Position numbers and translations under genes: made by a program. A stretch of 64,000 nucleotides of DNA, counting the filler, from Streblomastix strix (lineage: Eukaryota): assembly GCA_008636045.1 (NCBI GenBank). It is 3 parts of 3 records of this genome, joined end to end, with 100 filler letters (N's around TTAATTAATTAA, not from the genome) between each part and the next. Parts side by side here need not be neighbours in the genome. Positions count along the whole stretch, not along the records: positions 1 to 22,021 come from SNRW01000341.1; 2 more parts are not named here. One strand, written 5' to 3'. Positions 1-13,600 of the stretch are shown here, in pieces. Under the pieces are notes generated by a model, which was given only the letters and a program-made list of their open reading frames with translations, had not been told where the DNA came from and did not search any database. Each line of letters opens with the position of its first letter. Position 1 is the first letter of the stretch.

Positions 1-2593
1 TATATGCAGTATAATTCAATACAGAAGATACTAAATAATTATCAACGTGTAGTGCAATATCAGTTATGTATAAATCTTTATATATATTTTTATCACATAT
101 ACAATATTATTTCTCTTTCAAAATATTGCTTATTTTTCTTTATGAAAAGAATAATAATTTATAATTATCAGAATTAAGAGTCCTTTCACCTACAAAAATT
201 ATAGAAGATCTTACAAAAAGTAGCGGCGAAGGTCAAAAATTCATTCTAGGTAAAATTGTATCTTTGTGCGCCACATGTTTGAATACTTTATAATTTTTTC
301 TAGAAGTATAAAAATATATTCATTTTCATATTCATTATTAACTTTATAGCTTTTGAAACATGTGAATTGTTCGCCCGAGAAGGAATCATTGCAAAAATCA
401 TATAGATTCATAAGTATTAAAAATCCGATATTCTAACGAAGGTAATTTAAATTTCAATTAATTATATTCCATTATTTCTTTAAAATATTTTAATTTAAGA
501 TTCTATGTTCTATGATCCTGGAAACATTTATAATGAGCAATAAAGATTAGAAATAATCATCTGATGAAAATTCAATTATTTTTAGATTGAAAGAACTAAC
601 GAAAGTTTGATATTTTTATCTTTAAATAATTGTTTATATTTTATTTCTGTTAAACTCAGAGCTAGAGTTAAGCCATCTCATCTTCAGCACAAATAGAATT
701 GTTTAAATTTGATGATTAGAAAATTGAAGACGAAAAAGTGTTATTAATCGAATAGTTGAGAAATGCCGAAGAATAAATCTTTGATTAAGAATTAAATTTG
801 AATGAAATACAATATTAAAAACAAGAACTTGAAGAGAGGTTGATCCAAATTGAAAAAGATAAAGAAATATATGATATCAAAATTAAATATTTTGAGATAA
901 ATCAAAATATATTAATGAAGATTTTCGAATAATTAAGAACACCGTTTGATCTAAATCTTCAATTGGATTAATAAATCTTAAAAAATCAAGACAGTGCAAT
1001 CAAATTAATCATCGAATAATTAGATAATAAAGTTGACGATGGATTAAGAAAGTCAATAATAACAATTGGAATTGTAGACGAAATAATAAGAATTGTAAAT
1101 GTGGGAGATTTCTCACCTATATCTAAGTCATTAAGTGAAGCATTACACGTACTAACTTCTCCATCTAGTAATGAAGTTTGACTGTTGATTTACTAGAAAA
1201 ACATATATCCGACACTGTTACATCTGCTTGATCATCCTAATAGTAAAGTTGTGTTTGATATTATCTGTACATTTCATAATATTATTTAAGCTGGGGCAAA
1301 TACTACACCAATTTCTGAAATACATCCACACTTTAAGGAATTAGAATAAAATAAAGGAACCAAAATAATAATGCAATTACTCTTAAGATCAGAAATTTCT
1401 AAAGAAATTAAAGATTAAGCTTCGTTTTGTTTGAGTTCATTATTTCGAGGATAAGAAATAAAGGATAAATATATACAAAGAATAATTATTACTCATCTAA
1501 AAACTCTCTTCTTTGATTCAGATGAGTGGATTAGAAAAACTGCTATATAATTGTTATAAGGACTTTCAAACAATTAATGTATAGAATTAATATTTATATT
1601 AAAATATTATAAAGAATTAATTAGATTTAATATTTATATATAATTTCATTCTAACTTTATTTCTTTTTACATTTTAATAATAGGGAATCGAACCGAGATA
1701 ATGAAGTTGGATTTACTCAGTCGAATTGCTAAAGACCTACAAGTTTAAATATAAGATGATTCTTAAGCAAGCAGATAAATAATTGTAATGCAGGAAGATA
1801 GATGCAAATTTCTAAGCTTTACATTATATCAAAGGGAAGACATTAGTTCTCGGAAACTTATAATATCATCAGGAATTTGTGATGCAATTTTGTAAATATT
1901 CAATAAACGTAATTTAAATGACATTACTTAACCATACATAGATGTATTTTAAGTATTAACTCATCCTTCGAATAATTAAATTAAACAATAAATTTATGAT
2001 AAAGGAGCATACCCAGCTTTAATACGCCTCCTGGATAATAGTGATGAGAATATAGTGTCTGATATTTGTATCTCAATTAATAACATTATTTATGGAGGAA
2101 CAATAACTACCTCTGAGACTTCATAACATCCGCATTATGATGCAATTGAGAAAATTCATGGAATAAAGAAAATCTATAATTTATTTCATAAAACAGATCC
2201 AGTAAATGAAATTAAAGATATTACATCAATCTGCATTGGCTAATTATATAGAAATAAAACAATATCTAATATACCAATGAGAAAAGAGATCATATCACAT
2301 CTTAAATCAATCGTGAATGATGAGGATGATTGGATCAGCGATACATCTAAATGGGTTTTGCATGGATTGGGATTGAATGGATGTAGGAGTTGAATTTAAA
2401 GAGATTTAGTTGTAAAATTGAAATTTTAATTATTATTTATAGTTTTAATACATATTTTTTTATGACTATTTATTATTTCTCTTTATTCTGTTTTATTAAC
2501 ATTTTAGCTAATAATTCGGAAATTAGAAAGGATGGTTTTGTAATACCTGAAAGAACAAAGAGAAGAAGATAAAGTCAAATCTAAAGACTATGA
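1..2593 (+). CDS. ARM/HEAT-like repeat protein with coiled-coil N-terminal part, multi-exon, 5' end outside window
   Basis: With TAA/TAG=Gln, exons at about 171-275, 350-441, 500-605, 660-1578, 1684-2382 and 2507-2593 are bounded by GT-AG and end at TGA 2591-2593. Two similar helical units: LLDHPNSKVVFDIICTFHNIIQAGANTT..HPHF..IKDQASFCLSSLFRGQEI and LLDNSDENIVSDICISINNIIYGGTITT..HPHY..IKDITSICIGQLYRNKTI. Confidence 0.7.
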
Positions 2594-2799
2594 TGAAATT
2601 CGAATAATTTTTCTAATTGTAACAAAGCTTATTATTATTAGTCAATAACTCACTTCAATAAATTTAACTAATTATTTTATTTGTTATTTAAATTCATTTG
2701 ATTTAAATTAATATTTATAATTTTACTCAAAATAAATATGAAAAGATAAACATAGAATGAAAGATCTGCATTTTAATAAACTTTATAACAGAAATAAAT

Positions 2800-4336
2800 A
2801 AGATTGATGAGGAAAAATAGTCCAAATTTTTCAAAATGAAGGGGGTAAAAGTGCATTAACAAGAATCATGGCAGAAGAGCTTGGAGCATAAAATGTATTG
2901 TAAATATTATAGATTAAGTACATATAGAATAAATTAATATCAGTTAATTGTTATCTAATTTGTTTGTTGAATAAAATCATTTTTTTATAATTTTTATTAT
3001 TTTCTTATTTTGTTATTGAAATATTATTAATTTCGCATTACAAATAGAATAATCGTTCTTAATCTTCAAAACTAAGAAATATTTCACCAAATAAACTGAT
3101 TGAAAATCTTACAAAAAGCAGCAAAATAGGTAGAAAATCAATTTTAGAACTAATTGTTTCTACCTGCGCTGAATGTTTGAATATTTCTTATTTAGTATTC
3201 AAATAGTTAAGTATTATTTAATATATATTTTTTAACTTTTCAGCTCCTGATACATGTGAATTGTTCGCCCGAGAAGGAATCATTGCAAAAATCATATAAA
3301 TTCATAATGATAAAAAATCTGATGATCAAACGAAAGTTAATATAAAATTTTACTTTAAATATTTATTTTAATATATTCCAATTATATTAATTTTAGGATC
3401 TTTGTTCTTTGATTCTGGAAACATTGAACAGGACCAAAGTTTAAAAATAATAATCTGGTAAAAATTCAATTATATCCAAATTAGAGGAATTAACGAAAGT
3501 TTGGAAATATTTTTCCCCATAAATTTAATTTATTTTAATTTATTTATTTGTAGAGTCCAAGTTAAGTTATCTCAAATGCTGCACAAACTGAACTTACTAA
3601 ATTAACTGATTAAGAAATTGACAAAGAAGGTTTAATTCATTAAAATAGTTTTTATAGATATTTTATATACAATGAAAATCAATTTCAATAATATTAAATA
3701 TTAATATATTAATATTATATTATAATTGTTTTTAAAACAGGTGTTAAATTTGTCAAATTAGAAGATTTAATTGAATGTGATTAAGTTATGGAGGAATTCG
3801 GATAGAAATTGATTAAATTAGGCAAGAAACAAAAAGTTATTTTAATTGAAGACATTGCTAATAAAGATGAAATAATAAAAGAGATTGAAGAGAAGAAGAA
3901 AGGGCATATTGATGAAAAATGCAAATTGATTCGTGATTTAGCCTATCTGACCTTATATGGCATTCCTGAAAGTTAAAAAAAACTGAAAAATTTCTTCAAT
4001 GAATAAATCGATCATATTTTAGATCTTGGATAATCAAGTGCTGATTTTCACTTTAATTATGGAGATGACAATGTTTGTATTCCAAATGACAGAAAGTAGC
4101 GTGGCCAAATAATAGCTGCTCATATTTGGCGTTATTGCTTCACCAGTGATGGAGAAGGAGTAGTAAAGCTCAATTAATATAAAATAACATCTACAGACGT
4201 TTCATATCCAGCAGAAATATTTATGGGAAATACTGAATTAGATTTAACAATGCAAAGGATTCTATTCAAGACACTGAAGAATACTGATTTTAGTTGTTAC
4301 ACTGAGTATGATTGGGTCAAAAGTGAGGATTATTGA
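2800..4336 (+). CDS. Hypothetical protein; 5' exons paralogous to the upstream ARM gene, unrelated last exon (start uncertain, possibly a pseudogene)
   Basis: Exons near 3048-3175, 3244-3334, 3398-3498 and 3555-3629 match exons of the upstream gene (e.g. identical acatgtgaattgttcgcccgagaaggaatcattgcaaaaatcatata). Last exon 3741-4336 is open and ends TGA TGA TGA TGA. No clean in-frame ATG found. Confidence 0.5.
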
Positions 4337-4719
4337 TGATGATGAATAATGATTTTAATATAAAGAAAAGGGGGAGTTTTAAGAATAATAATAAATAAGA
4401 ATGAAACAAAGAATTATTGGTTAAACATACATGTAATTATTAATTTTCCCAATACAAATAATTTATATCAGTATGATTTTTTACCAATTTATATAGTTCA
4501 AATATTATGAAATTAAAGAATATTTATCTAATTTTAAATTAAATTAATTTATTATGTATCTGTTAATGTATCAACCTATTATCATTTAAATGCAACATTA
4601 ATTCAAAGAGAGTTAAATTAAAACAAGTATGATCCACATTCTATTAAAAAACTATCAAATCATATTTCATTAATCCTGCTAATTTCATAATCACTCATAA
4701 AATCAATTCTTTATTCATC

Positions 4720-6047
4720 TCATTGAATTTCGCATTTCTTCTTTTCCTTGTCATCTTTTGCTTCAGTTTCAACTTTTTGTTCCTGTTTCTCGCCAACCAA
4801 CTTTTATCCCCAATCCAGCGCCTTTGAATTCGCTGTTCCTTTTCTGAGTGCAATTGTCCGTGATTCGAGTTTTGCCAGTGTGAACGACTGGTTCTCATGG
4901 ATGAGATGCGACTGAATAATGTTATTATATAAATATAGAAATGAAAATGAATATATGAGTTAGTGGTATATAAAATTAACTAATTAATGTGTGTACATTA
5001 TTTAAACTAATTAATAATCATTATTATTTAATTTCAATATCTGCTCATACAAAGAATCTGTACCCATCTCTTAAAGGGATATTGATCACATACAAAGGCT
5101 GTTCAACATCATTGATGAAGAGCGTAGCTGTGCGTGGATTTGAACTCAAGTCAATTTCGATGCCAACTCGATCATTTGGTTTAAATGGCTGGTTTCCATA
5201 GATGATATCTCCAACATGCTTTACTCCTCCACTGTTTGATATAGTTTAGAAAAAAATAAGGAATTTAATTTATTAAAAATATTATATTTATGATAAATTA
5301 ATCTATAGATAGTAAATTTGACGATTAATTTATATTAATTATTTAAGCAAACCTGTGTCGAAATATTAATATCTGATCTTCATCTACGAGTGGAGATTGT
5401 ATTCAAAAAGATTATTTGATGATATTTATAAAAAATATTTATTTGAAAGAGAAATTATAAATTGAATAAAATAAACAAGTAGAAATTTTCAACTATTTAT
5501 CAATTAAATTTAAACTAACGTATTTTTATCATACATTTCGATCCTTAGGTCATAGGTTCCCCACCTTCAGCAAAAATTTAATTTAAATAAATAATATTTT
5601 ACAATTTAATAAAAAAATATACGGAATATCATAAATAATTTTTATAATTATCAAACTAATAAAAATAATTTCTAATTTTAAATACCATTAAAGTCGAAAT
5701 TTACCTAATAAGCATCAGGAGTATCATCTTTCTTGTATTCGCACATTTCATCAGCAATTCCAATGACTATATTAATTATAAAATAATTATCAAAAATGTA
5801 TAAACGACAAATATAATACTTTTCGATTAATAGTGTAAATAATTATGAGTTATTAAATTGTCATACTAGCATCATTTATTGGATCAAACTTCCCCTCAAA
5901 GTATGCAACTCCAGAAGTAATAACTGGATCCCAAACAACTGTTTCACTGCCCAATGTTTTGTCTTTTATTATTTTTTTCCCTTGAACTTTAACGCCACTA
6001 TATTTTGGCAAGATTTCTTTTGCAACAAGTGGTACAGCTGATGACAT
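4720..6047 (-). CDS. B30.2/SPRY-like domain protein with C-terminal polybasic CaaX-like end (KKKCEIQ*)
   Basis: Multi-exon: MSSAVPLVAK..TVVWDPVITSGVAYFEGKF, IGIADE, GGVKHVGDIIYGNQPFKPNDRVGIEIDLSSNPRTATLFINDVEQPLYVINIP (SPRY-like D-x-VG-x-E-x-D..LF-x-N). Last exon ends DDKEKKKCEIQ-TGA at 4720-4722. Confidence 0.7.
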
Positions 6048-6788
6048 AATTTATTGTTCTAATTAATATATATATAAAAAAGAAAGCGTAGAATAAAATT
6101 AGCAAGTTAAAACAAAATTTTGATATTTTCCAATAATTTTTGAGTTATAATAAAAATGTTCCAAATAATATTTTATAAAAAAAATTTATATTTTGAAAAT
6201 TGTTATTATAAATATGGAACAATTTATATTTCAAGGAAATAATTGGTTTTTAATAATAAAAATAAAGTAGCTCATTAAGCACATATTTAATTCATTTATA
6301 TGTATTTAATTTAGATATAATTATTTATTATACAAAAAATTCATATAAAATACAGGCAATTATATGCTGATGTTAAAAATAATCAGTAATATTATTCAAA
6401 ATTTTGATTAAGCATCAAATATTTATATTTTTTCATCAGAATATTATATTTATATCATTTCTAATCATGAATTTGCAAAACAAGAGCAAATGCTACTTGA
6501 AAACCGGTATAAATTTATAATTGATTTTTTACCATTATAATCAATTTAAATTCAATAAACTACACTTATTTTTTAATAAAATTATTATTTATAAATAATA
6601 ATTTATATGTATTCATTATTTTTTCAACCTATTAAATGAATTTTGGTATTTTTTTTCAAAAAACTCCTCATAATATTTGTCCTAATTCAATTCGCATACT
6701 TCGATTTTAATTATCTTCAATTTTTATTTTTTTGTTATTTAGTTTTCAATATAATTTAATTATTTCACAATTGAAAGTGGATCGCACC

Positions 6789-7481
6789 ATGTAATTAAGA
6801 AGTTTTTAAACATAAACTAACCAAATTAATTAAAATTCAACAAAAGATCAGACAGATAGTTAAACTTTATCTGAAATACTTAAAAATGTAATGTTGGATT
6901 AAACTTCTCGATAAGGAGCAATCGCAAAGCTGGCAAAATTAGTAATAATGGACCAAGCTATAGTTGATCAAATTGAGAATTAGAATTAACTTTTAGTAAT
7001 AATTGCCGATGAAATTAAAGTACAGTGTATTAAAATGCATTTAAATCACAATTAAAGTAACAATATCGAACAAACTGACATCCTTCATGCCTGTATATAA
7101 ACATTATACAGTATTTTCTACAAGAGTTAAACTTAAACAAAACTATTTATAGTTGAAAGGACTTCATTTGTCAATAATCTTTGCTATGTGATAAATAGTG
7201 ATGATGGAGAAGAAGAGTCTGCAGATATTCTGTCATTTGCTATTCTTGCCCTGAGAGTTATTCACTCTTCGCTCGTAAGGATTATGCATGAATCTTCTTC
7301 GATACATTTTGAAATGAAAGTTCTGAGTATTATTCGAAATATGGAAGAATTACTGGAAAAAGCAGGTTCTATAGAAGATGTAAATGCTGCATTATTTCGT
7401 GATAATTCTGATGAGGATGGCGTTGTTGACGAAGCAATTTACTTTACAGGATAACTCCAAGGGTTTCTTCGATTTTCTTGA
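6789..7481 (+). CDS. Hypothetical protein (~230 aa, single exon)
   Basis: ATG at 6789, open with TAA/TAG=Gln to TGA 7479-7481. Contains listed ORF 7188-7454 in frame. Confidence 0.65.
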
Positions 7482-8059
7482 TTATTTTATTATATAAAAT
7501 TCCAATATTCTCAAAAAAATATATAAATATATATTTAAATTTCAAAATTATAATTAATAACCTTGATTTTGTATATAATGAACAAAAATTGTGATCCAAA
7601 AAATCACTTGCTTGATCACCAGTAGAATTTTAATTATATAATATATTTAAATTTTAATTATTGATTGATCAATCTTTTTTGCATAAAAACACCAAAATTA
7701 TTTATTATTAATCAAGCTATTAATTTTTCTTAAAAAAATTGGTTTTATTCGTTAAATCAACTACTTATTTTATTTAAATTTAATTATTTTATATTTTTAT
7801 ACTAATTTTATGATATTTCATCACTGTTTTTGATGCGTATTTTTTCATTCAAACAGTTAAAATTCAATTTTATTTAATTTTTCAAATTTTCGACTTATTA
7901 TTTATTAATTTAGTTATTTTTTGGTTATTGCCTTTAATTTTATAGTCAGTCAATTAACATTTAATCTTTTATTATAACATTTATTCTATATACTACTATT
8001 TTTGCTTTTTGATTTTTATTTATTTTATTTCTTGCTTTTCATCATATTTCAACGAAGAC

Positions 8060-10894
8060 ATGGACTACCTCAATATCACTACTGACTACGGCATATATTC
8101 TGTACCTAACACTATTGAAGTTGTAATCAATATTCTTCTCACAATAAATGCTCCAAAAGCGCCTGAACAAAAAGTTCGAAATCCTGTTGCAGTTGCTCTT
8201 GTTATCGATAAATCTGGCTCTATGGAAGATGCAAGGAAATTAGAATACGCCAAAATAGCTGGGAAATCGCTCATTGAAAAGCTTGAATCGCGAGACAAAT
8301 TATCAATCATAGCCTTTGATGCAAACGTTAGTATTCTTGTTCCGATTGCATTTGTCAATAACAAAAAACATTTGGAATCGATGATTAATCTCATTCAACC
8401 TGGTTTAAATTTTATTTTGCAATTAATTTATATGATAGTTTAACTTTTATTAATATTTAAATTGTTTAGGATCAACAACGTACATATCTGGTGGACTTGA
8501 AGCTGGTTTGAACCAAATTGAAGGTACTAAACTTGATGGAATTAAAAGAGTTATATTATTATCTGATGGATAGGCTAATGTAGGGGTTTAAAATCCAGAA
8601 GGAATTGCAGCAATCGCAGCTGCCCATCGGCCGAATGGTTTATCTGTTTCAACTATTGGGCTTGGGCTTAATTACAACGAAAATATCATGTAACTGTTAG
8701 CATAACGTGGCGGTGGATAGGTATTAATAGTTTATATTGTTAATTGTTATTTAATTTAAATTATATATGCTTTTATTTATTCATCAAATATATTTATCAG
8801 TATTATTATTGTGGTGAAGCAGAAGATCTTCCAAATGTTTTTGATACTGAACTTTTATTGGCTAAAAACACAGTTACAAGAAGAACGAGTGCTTTAATTG
8901 AACCAGCAGATTGTGTAAGTGAAGTTAAAATACTTGGATTACCAACACGAAAGTAAGGAAATGAAACTCGGGTTGATGTCAGCGATTTAACATCTGAAGA
9001 GGAAAGATAAATCCTTATCTAATTAAATGTTAAGCCAAACGCTCAATCCCAGCAAAAATCTGACAAAACTTACGAACATGAAACAATTGCAGAGCCTACA
9101 CGCCTTGAACTTGGGCAAATCCGCCTTCAGTTCAGCCGAACAGAAGGAGGCGCAGCCGAAGAGATTGAAATCCCTCTTTTCATCCTCGTTGACGGCGACG
9201 AAGACCGCCGCGAAGCTCATAACGGCGACGAAAAGCCAACTTTCTCAGTTACTGGAGAAATAAGCAGCGGAGGCCGGTCTCACGTCCAGTCAATTGAGAA
9301 AGTGGCTGAGTTTGTGATGGCTGCTGAAGCGAGCGCGGCGAGGACGCAGGCGATACAGGAGGTTGAAAGAGGGAACGTGAATGTCGCGAAGGTTATCATC
9401 AACAACACCCGGTAGAGGCAGTTTGCTATTCAGCAGGCTACGATTTACCCGCCGATGATGAGCGATTAAAGAAAATAGTTATAAGCTGAAGAAAATAAAA
9501 TTTTAACTTAATCATCAACTTCATAGACTAATGTATCTGCTGCATCTCTTGCTAATTTCATGTCTTTGAGATAAATTGAGCCAAAACAGTAACAAAATGG
9601 TCGAATTTCTCCAACTTCGAGTATGTTTGTGAATTACGAAGAGTCTGAAAATAGATCATAATCAATAAGGGATTTTCCTTAAAAATCTAAAAAAGGGAAA
9701 TAACACAAATAGAATAAACTTATTAAATAAATTATTAATTAAAGAGAAAGTAGTTCATCTCCATCTTCTTCCAGTGAGAGTGAACCTAATTAAAAATAAT
9801 TTGGAAATAAATAGCAAGTCTCATCAATTTCACCCCCAGCAGATCCATTTTAAGCTTTAAATGAAGTAAAACCTCCAAAAATAGCCGCAATACCCCCTTA
9901 TCAATAGCATTCATCAACGACTATCTCAATTAGCAAAACGTTACTTGAGTCACAGAAGATGCTGGATGAAACTGAAACTCAGATCTAACAAGCTCTGGGG
10001 AACTAAGAACTCTCCTCACATTTGCTGAAGCAGAGCAAACATTAGTCATATGTGCAATCTCAGGGATATAACTCCACAGCGTCATATTCTTCAAGATCCT
10101 CTCGTACAACCTCATATCATAACTCTTCAGAACCAGCTATGTCACAATCGCAGTTTTACTCAACAAGAACACAAACGTAGACAGTTCCATATAATTCGTT
10201 CAATGCAGTTAATAAGTCAGTATCATAGAAACTGCCATAATATCCAATTCAACCACCAAAAATTCATCCTCTTTATCAAAATAATCTGTTTGATTAAAAT
10301 ATGCCGAACCCTCTATTAAAATTGTAAATTTAATCTTAAATCGGATTATCTCCAATAAATGAAGATTAATCATTATCTCTTGATGGCAAGTCAAATATTA
10401 ATCAAACAAATGAAGGAAAAGCCCCTAAATTAATTGAAAATATAATTATTACATAAAATTTTAATGCATTTGAATAATAGAAAGAATAAAAGAAAGAATA
10501 AGATTAGGAGAAAGAATAAGAATAAGAGAAAGAATAAGAATAAGGATTAGAATAAAAATAGGAATAAAAGAAAGAATAAAAATAGGAATAAAAGAAAGAA
10601 TAAGAATAAGAATAAGAGAAAGAATAAGAGAAAGAATAAGAATAAAAGAAAGAATAAGAATAAGGATTAGAATAAAAATAGGAATAAAAGAAAGAATAAG
10701 AATAAGGATAATAGAAAGAATAAGAGAAAGAATAAGAGAAAGAATAAGAATAAAAGAAAGAATAAGAATAAGAGAAAGAATAAGAATAAGAGAAATAATA
10801 TTCAAATGAATAATAAAATGAATAAATAAGTTTATAATAGAAAGAAAATGATAGTGGTTTGTTACTTGATTCAGAATCTAATACTAAAGAATGA
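8060..10894 (+). CDS. von Willebrand factor A domain protein (YfbK/COG2304-like) with low-complexity S/Q region and E/Q/K repeat tail
   Basis: MIDAS motif VIDKSGSM, then GSTTYISGGLEAG, RVILLSDGQANVG, VSTIGLGLNYNE, GGGQYYY. Introns about 8403-8469 and 8721-8800. Exon 3 is open to TGA 10892-10894. Confidence 0.85.
10470..10800 (+). repeat. Purine-rich coding minisatellite (GAATAA/GAGAAA units) encoding EQEKEQ.. in the vWA gene
   Basis: Tandem gaataa/gagaaa/aagaaa units lie in frame with exon 3 of the vWA gene and explain the spurious minus-strand LILS/YSFS ORFs. Confidence 0.85.
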
Positions 10895-11394
10895 TAATAA
10901 TTTCTTATTATTAGCAAAATGCGCTTTTAATGGTAAATTTTCTAAACTAGGAATTAAAATATTTTAAAAAAAATAAAAATTATATGTCTATTTCTTACAT
11001 GATCTTTGAAATATTTCAAATAGCTACATAGACCTAATTTATTATTAATTATTCAAACAGTCTTCGTATAGCAAAAAAAATCTGTAATATATACATTCAA
11101 AAATTTGTAAGCGCACAAGGAAGTAACCAATTTGGTTGTTTTGAAAATGTTGTTTTGATAATTTTATCGTTCCTAATTGAATATTTAAAATCATTATTTA
11201 AATAAAAGTTAAATAATAATTTAATATCAAAAAGTAAATTATAATTTTTTTAAAAAAGGAAAGAGAGAAATTCAAAAAATTGAATCAATTGTCTGAAGTA
11301 TTTTGAATTGCATCACATAAGAATTTAATTATATTATATTGGGCGATTGAATATGTGAAAATGGTTTAAACTGAACATGCAAAACTGTTCATAT

Positions 11395-12072
11395 TCAGTG
11401 TTAGTGTATGAAATGGTTCAATATCGCTGTTTTGGCCCTGTTTGCCCAATATTCGACATCATCATATCCATTGTTATTCATTTAAGCTTCTAATTCTTCA
11501 TTTCCTCCTTCTTCTTCTATTTGCTCTTCCGTCCTTCGAGCAAGTAAAGGAAGAGGTTGGAAGGATGATTACCCTTAATTATTTTTTCCTTAATGAAGTG
11601 AACTAAAGAATAAGTGGATGTGTTGCAATCCATTATAGATCTCCTTATCTTGTTCTTCACCAATGCCTCCTGCTGTACTTAATGAAATGAACATCACCCT
11701 TCCATATCCTATATTAACAAACAATTTTTGAATTTATGCATCGCAATACCATTGAATATCTCTAAGACATCTTCTACTGCAACTTCTGATATTTAATCTC
11801 TATCGATCTATGTCTTTGTTGAAGTGAATTTTGATTTTGTAGCAAGCAAGTGTTGTGAGTGAACGAAGAAGTTTCTGAATCTAAGTAACTGACTTACATG
11901 TTTTATTATCTTGGATTTGATCTCTAAGGGATTGAAGAGTAGAAATAATATAAGCAAGAGATGGTTTTGATTCTGATTATTCCTTTTATTTTCTTTATTT
12001 GTTTTATACATATGAATCAGTGAAGGAAACTATGGCTCTTGCGGCATTTTGGATTTCTAAGTCGGATTCCAT
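11395..12072 (-). CDS. Hypothetical protein (225 aa, single exon), probably a lineage-expanded family
   Basis: ATG 12072 MESDLEIQNAARAIVSFT..GYGRVMFISLSTAGGIGEEQDKEI..PLLARRTEEQIEEEGGNEELEAQ..ILNHFIHQH-TGA 11395; 678 nt with no internal TGA. Confidence 0.75.
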
Positions 12073-12649
12073 TTTATTCTAATTCTTTTATAATAAAATT
12101 AAATTTATTATATAATTAATAAGTAAATTACAAAAAAGTTTAAAAAATAGGTTATAATATGTGCAATATATAATAATGGGGGAAAAATGTGTTTTTTAAG
12201 GAAAAAAAATCGTATCTTTTACTGGTTGGAAAGTGTTCTATTTATGATATTATCTGTATGAAATTAATTGCCCTGTCAATCGAAGTTGTATAAAAACTTG
12301 TTAAAATTTATATTCCGTTTTCTGTATCATTTGTAAAAAGCAAAATTATGCGAAATATTTTGAATGAGCAATTAAGAAGCGATAATAAATTGAAATAATT
12401 AGATTTTATTGAGATATAATTAAATAGATTAAAAGTTTTATTCGATAAAATATATAAACTGATGATTGAAAAAGTTCTTAACGAATTAAATTCATATTTG
12501 AGTTTTTGATAAAAGTGGATACCAAACTTTGAATTAATAAAGCATTTTATTCTTGCAAAAGGATGAATCTTAGAATAAATATTTAATTTTTACATCAATT
12601 ATTCCTCATAATGTTTTTTATTTAAATATTAAATTTAATATTATCTTTT

Positions 12650-13600
12650 TATCATCTGATATTTTTCATAGATTTACCTACGAATGGAATGAACATCGGT
12701 GGAGATAAGAGTGATGATGCCTGTTACGGTTCCTACTGCTGCTTACGCAGAGAATGAAATTGAGATAATCCTCTTCACCATATTCAATAAATAAGTCTGA
12801 AAAAGGTATATCATGATTACAAGATATCCATTATGCAAAAAACAGTTTTGCTCCATTTAAATTTGCAATAATTTCCCTAAAAGATTCAGTTTTAGGAGCA
12901 GTAAGCGAATCAGACAATGATGCTACAATGGATCCGGAAGAAAGAACCGAGAATGAGTCGGAATTTGGGGGAAATGGAGAAGGTAGAACAATTTGACCTT
13001 AATTTTTTGTTTAATCTTCTTTATTTCATGATAATAATAAAGTTGGAAGGAAATTAATATCTATATTTAATAACAATTGATCTTCATTGAATAGAATCTT
13101 TTTAGTAAGAATCCAATATGTTATTGTATTTTTCTAATCCATTCATAATTAAAAGAAGAAAATTGTGCATTTATAGTTACCGAGTCAGTTCATCAGTTTG
13201 AACGTATTTTAGGGAATGTACGTTTTTAATTTTTACGATCTTTGTTTATTAATTATTCCAAATTTCTTCCTATCTCTCAAATTCATCTTCTTCATCCGAA
13301 TATTCTTAATAGTCATCATCATCCTCTCTTTATTATTTTGTTTTTTAAACTGTTTTATCAAGCATTTGAATTTCCAGTACTTCAATAATATCTTCTGCTT
13401 CATAAACATAATCATCATTTTTTTGCTGATTTCATCTCTGATGGAAGGCTTATGTCATAGGAATTGCTTATCACGGAATTATTTTTAGATTTAATTTGAA
13501 TTTCTTTTGTATCATTAGATTTTTATGCTTTCTTTTGTTACGCAGCTTCTTTTTCTGATTACTTATCTTAGCTGAGATCAAATAAAAAAGATAAGTCATA
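12650..13600 (-). pseudogene. Fragmentary coding-like region (acidic segment plus S/P-rich segment)
   Basis: Open acidic frame (..EDDDDYQEYSDEEDEFERQEE..) stops at TGA near 13195; a further coding-like stretch (VLPSPFPPNSDSFSVLSSG) follows. No clean gene model. Confidence 0.3.

Noticed and set aside
4695..4898. Listed basic ORF MRTSRSHW..
   Set aside because: Alternative frame of the last exon of the SPRY-like gene.
10461..10917. Minus-strand ORFs with LILS and YSFS repeats
   Set aside because: Antisense shadows of the plus-strand EQK coding repeat of the vWA gene.
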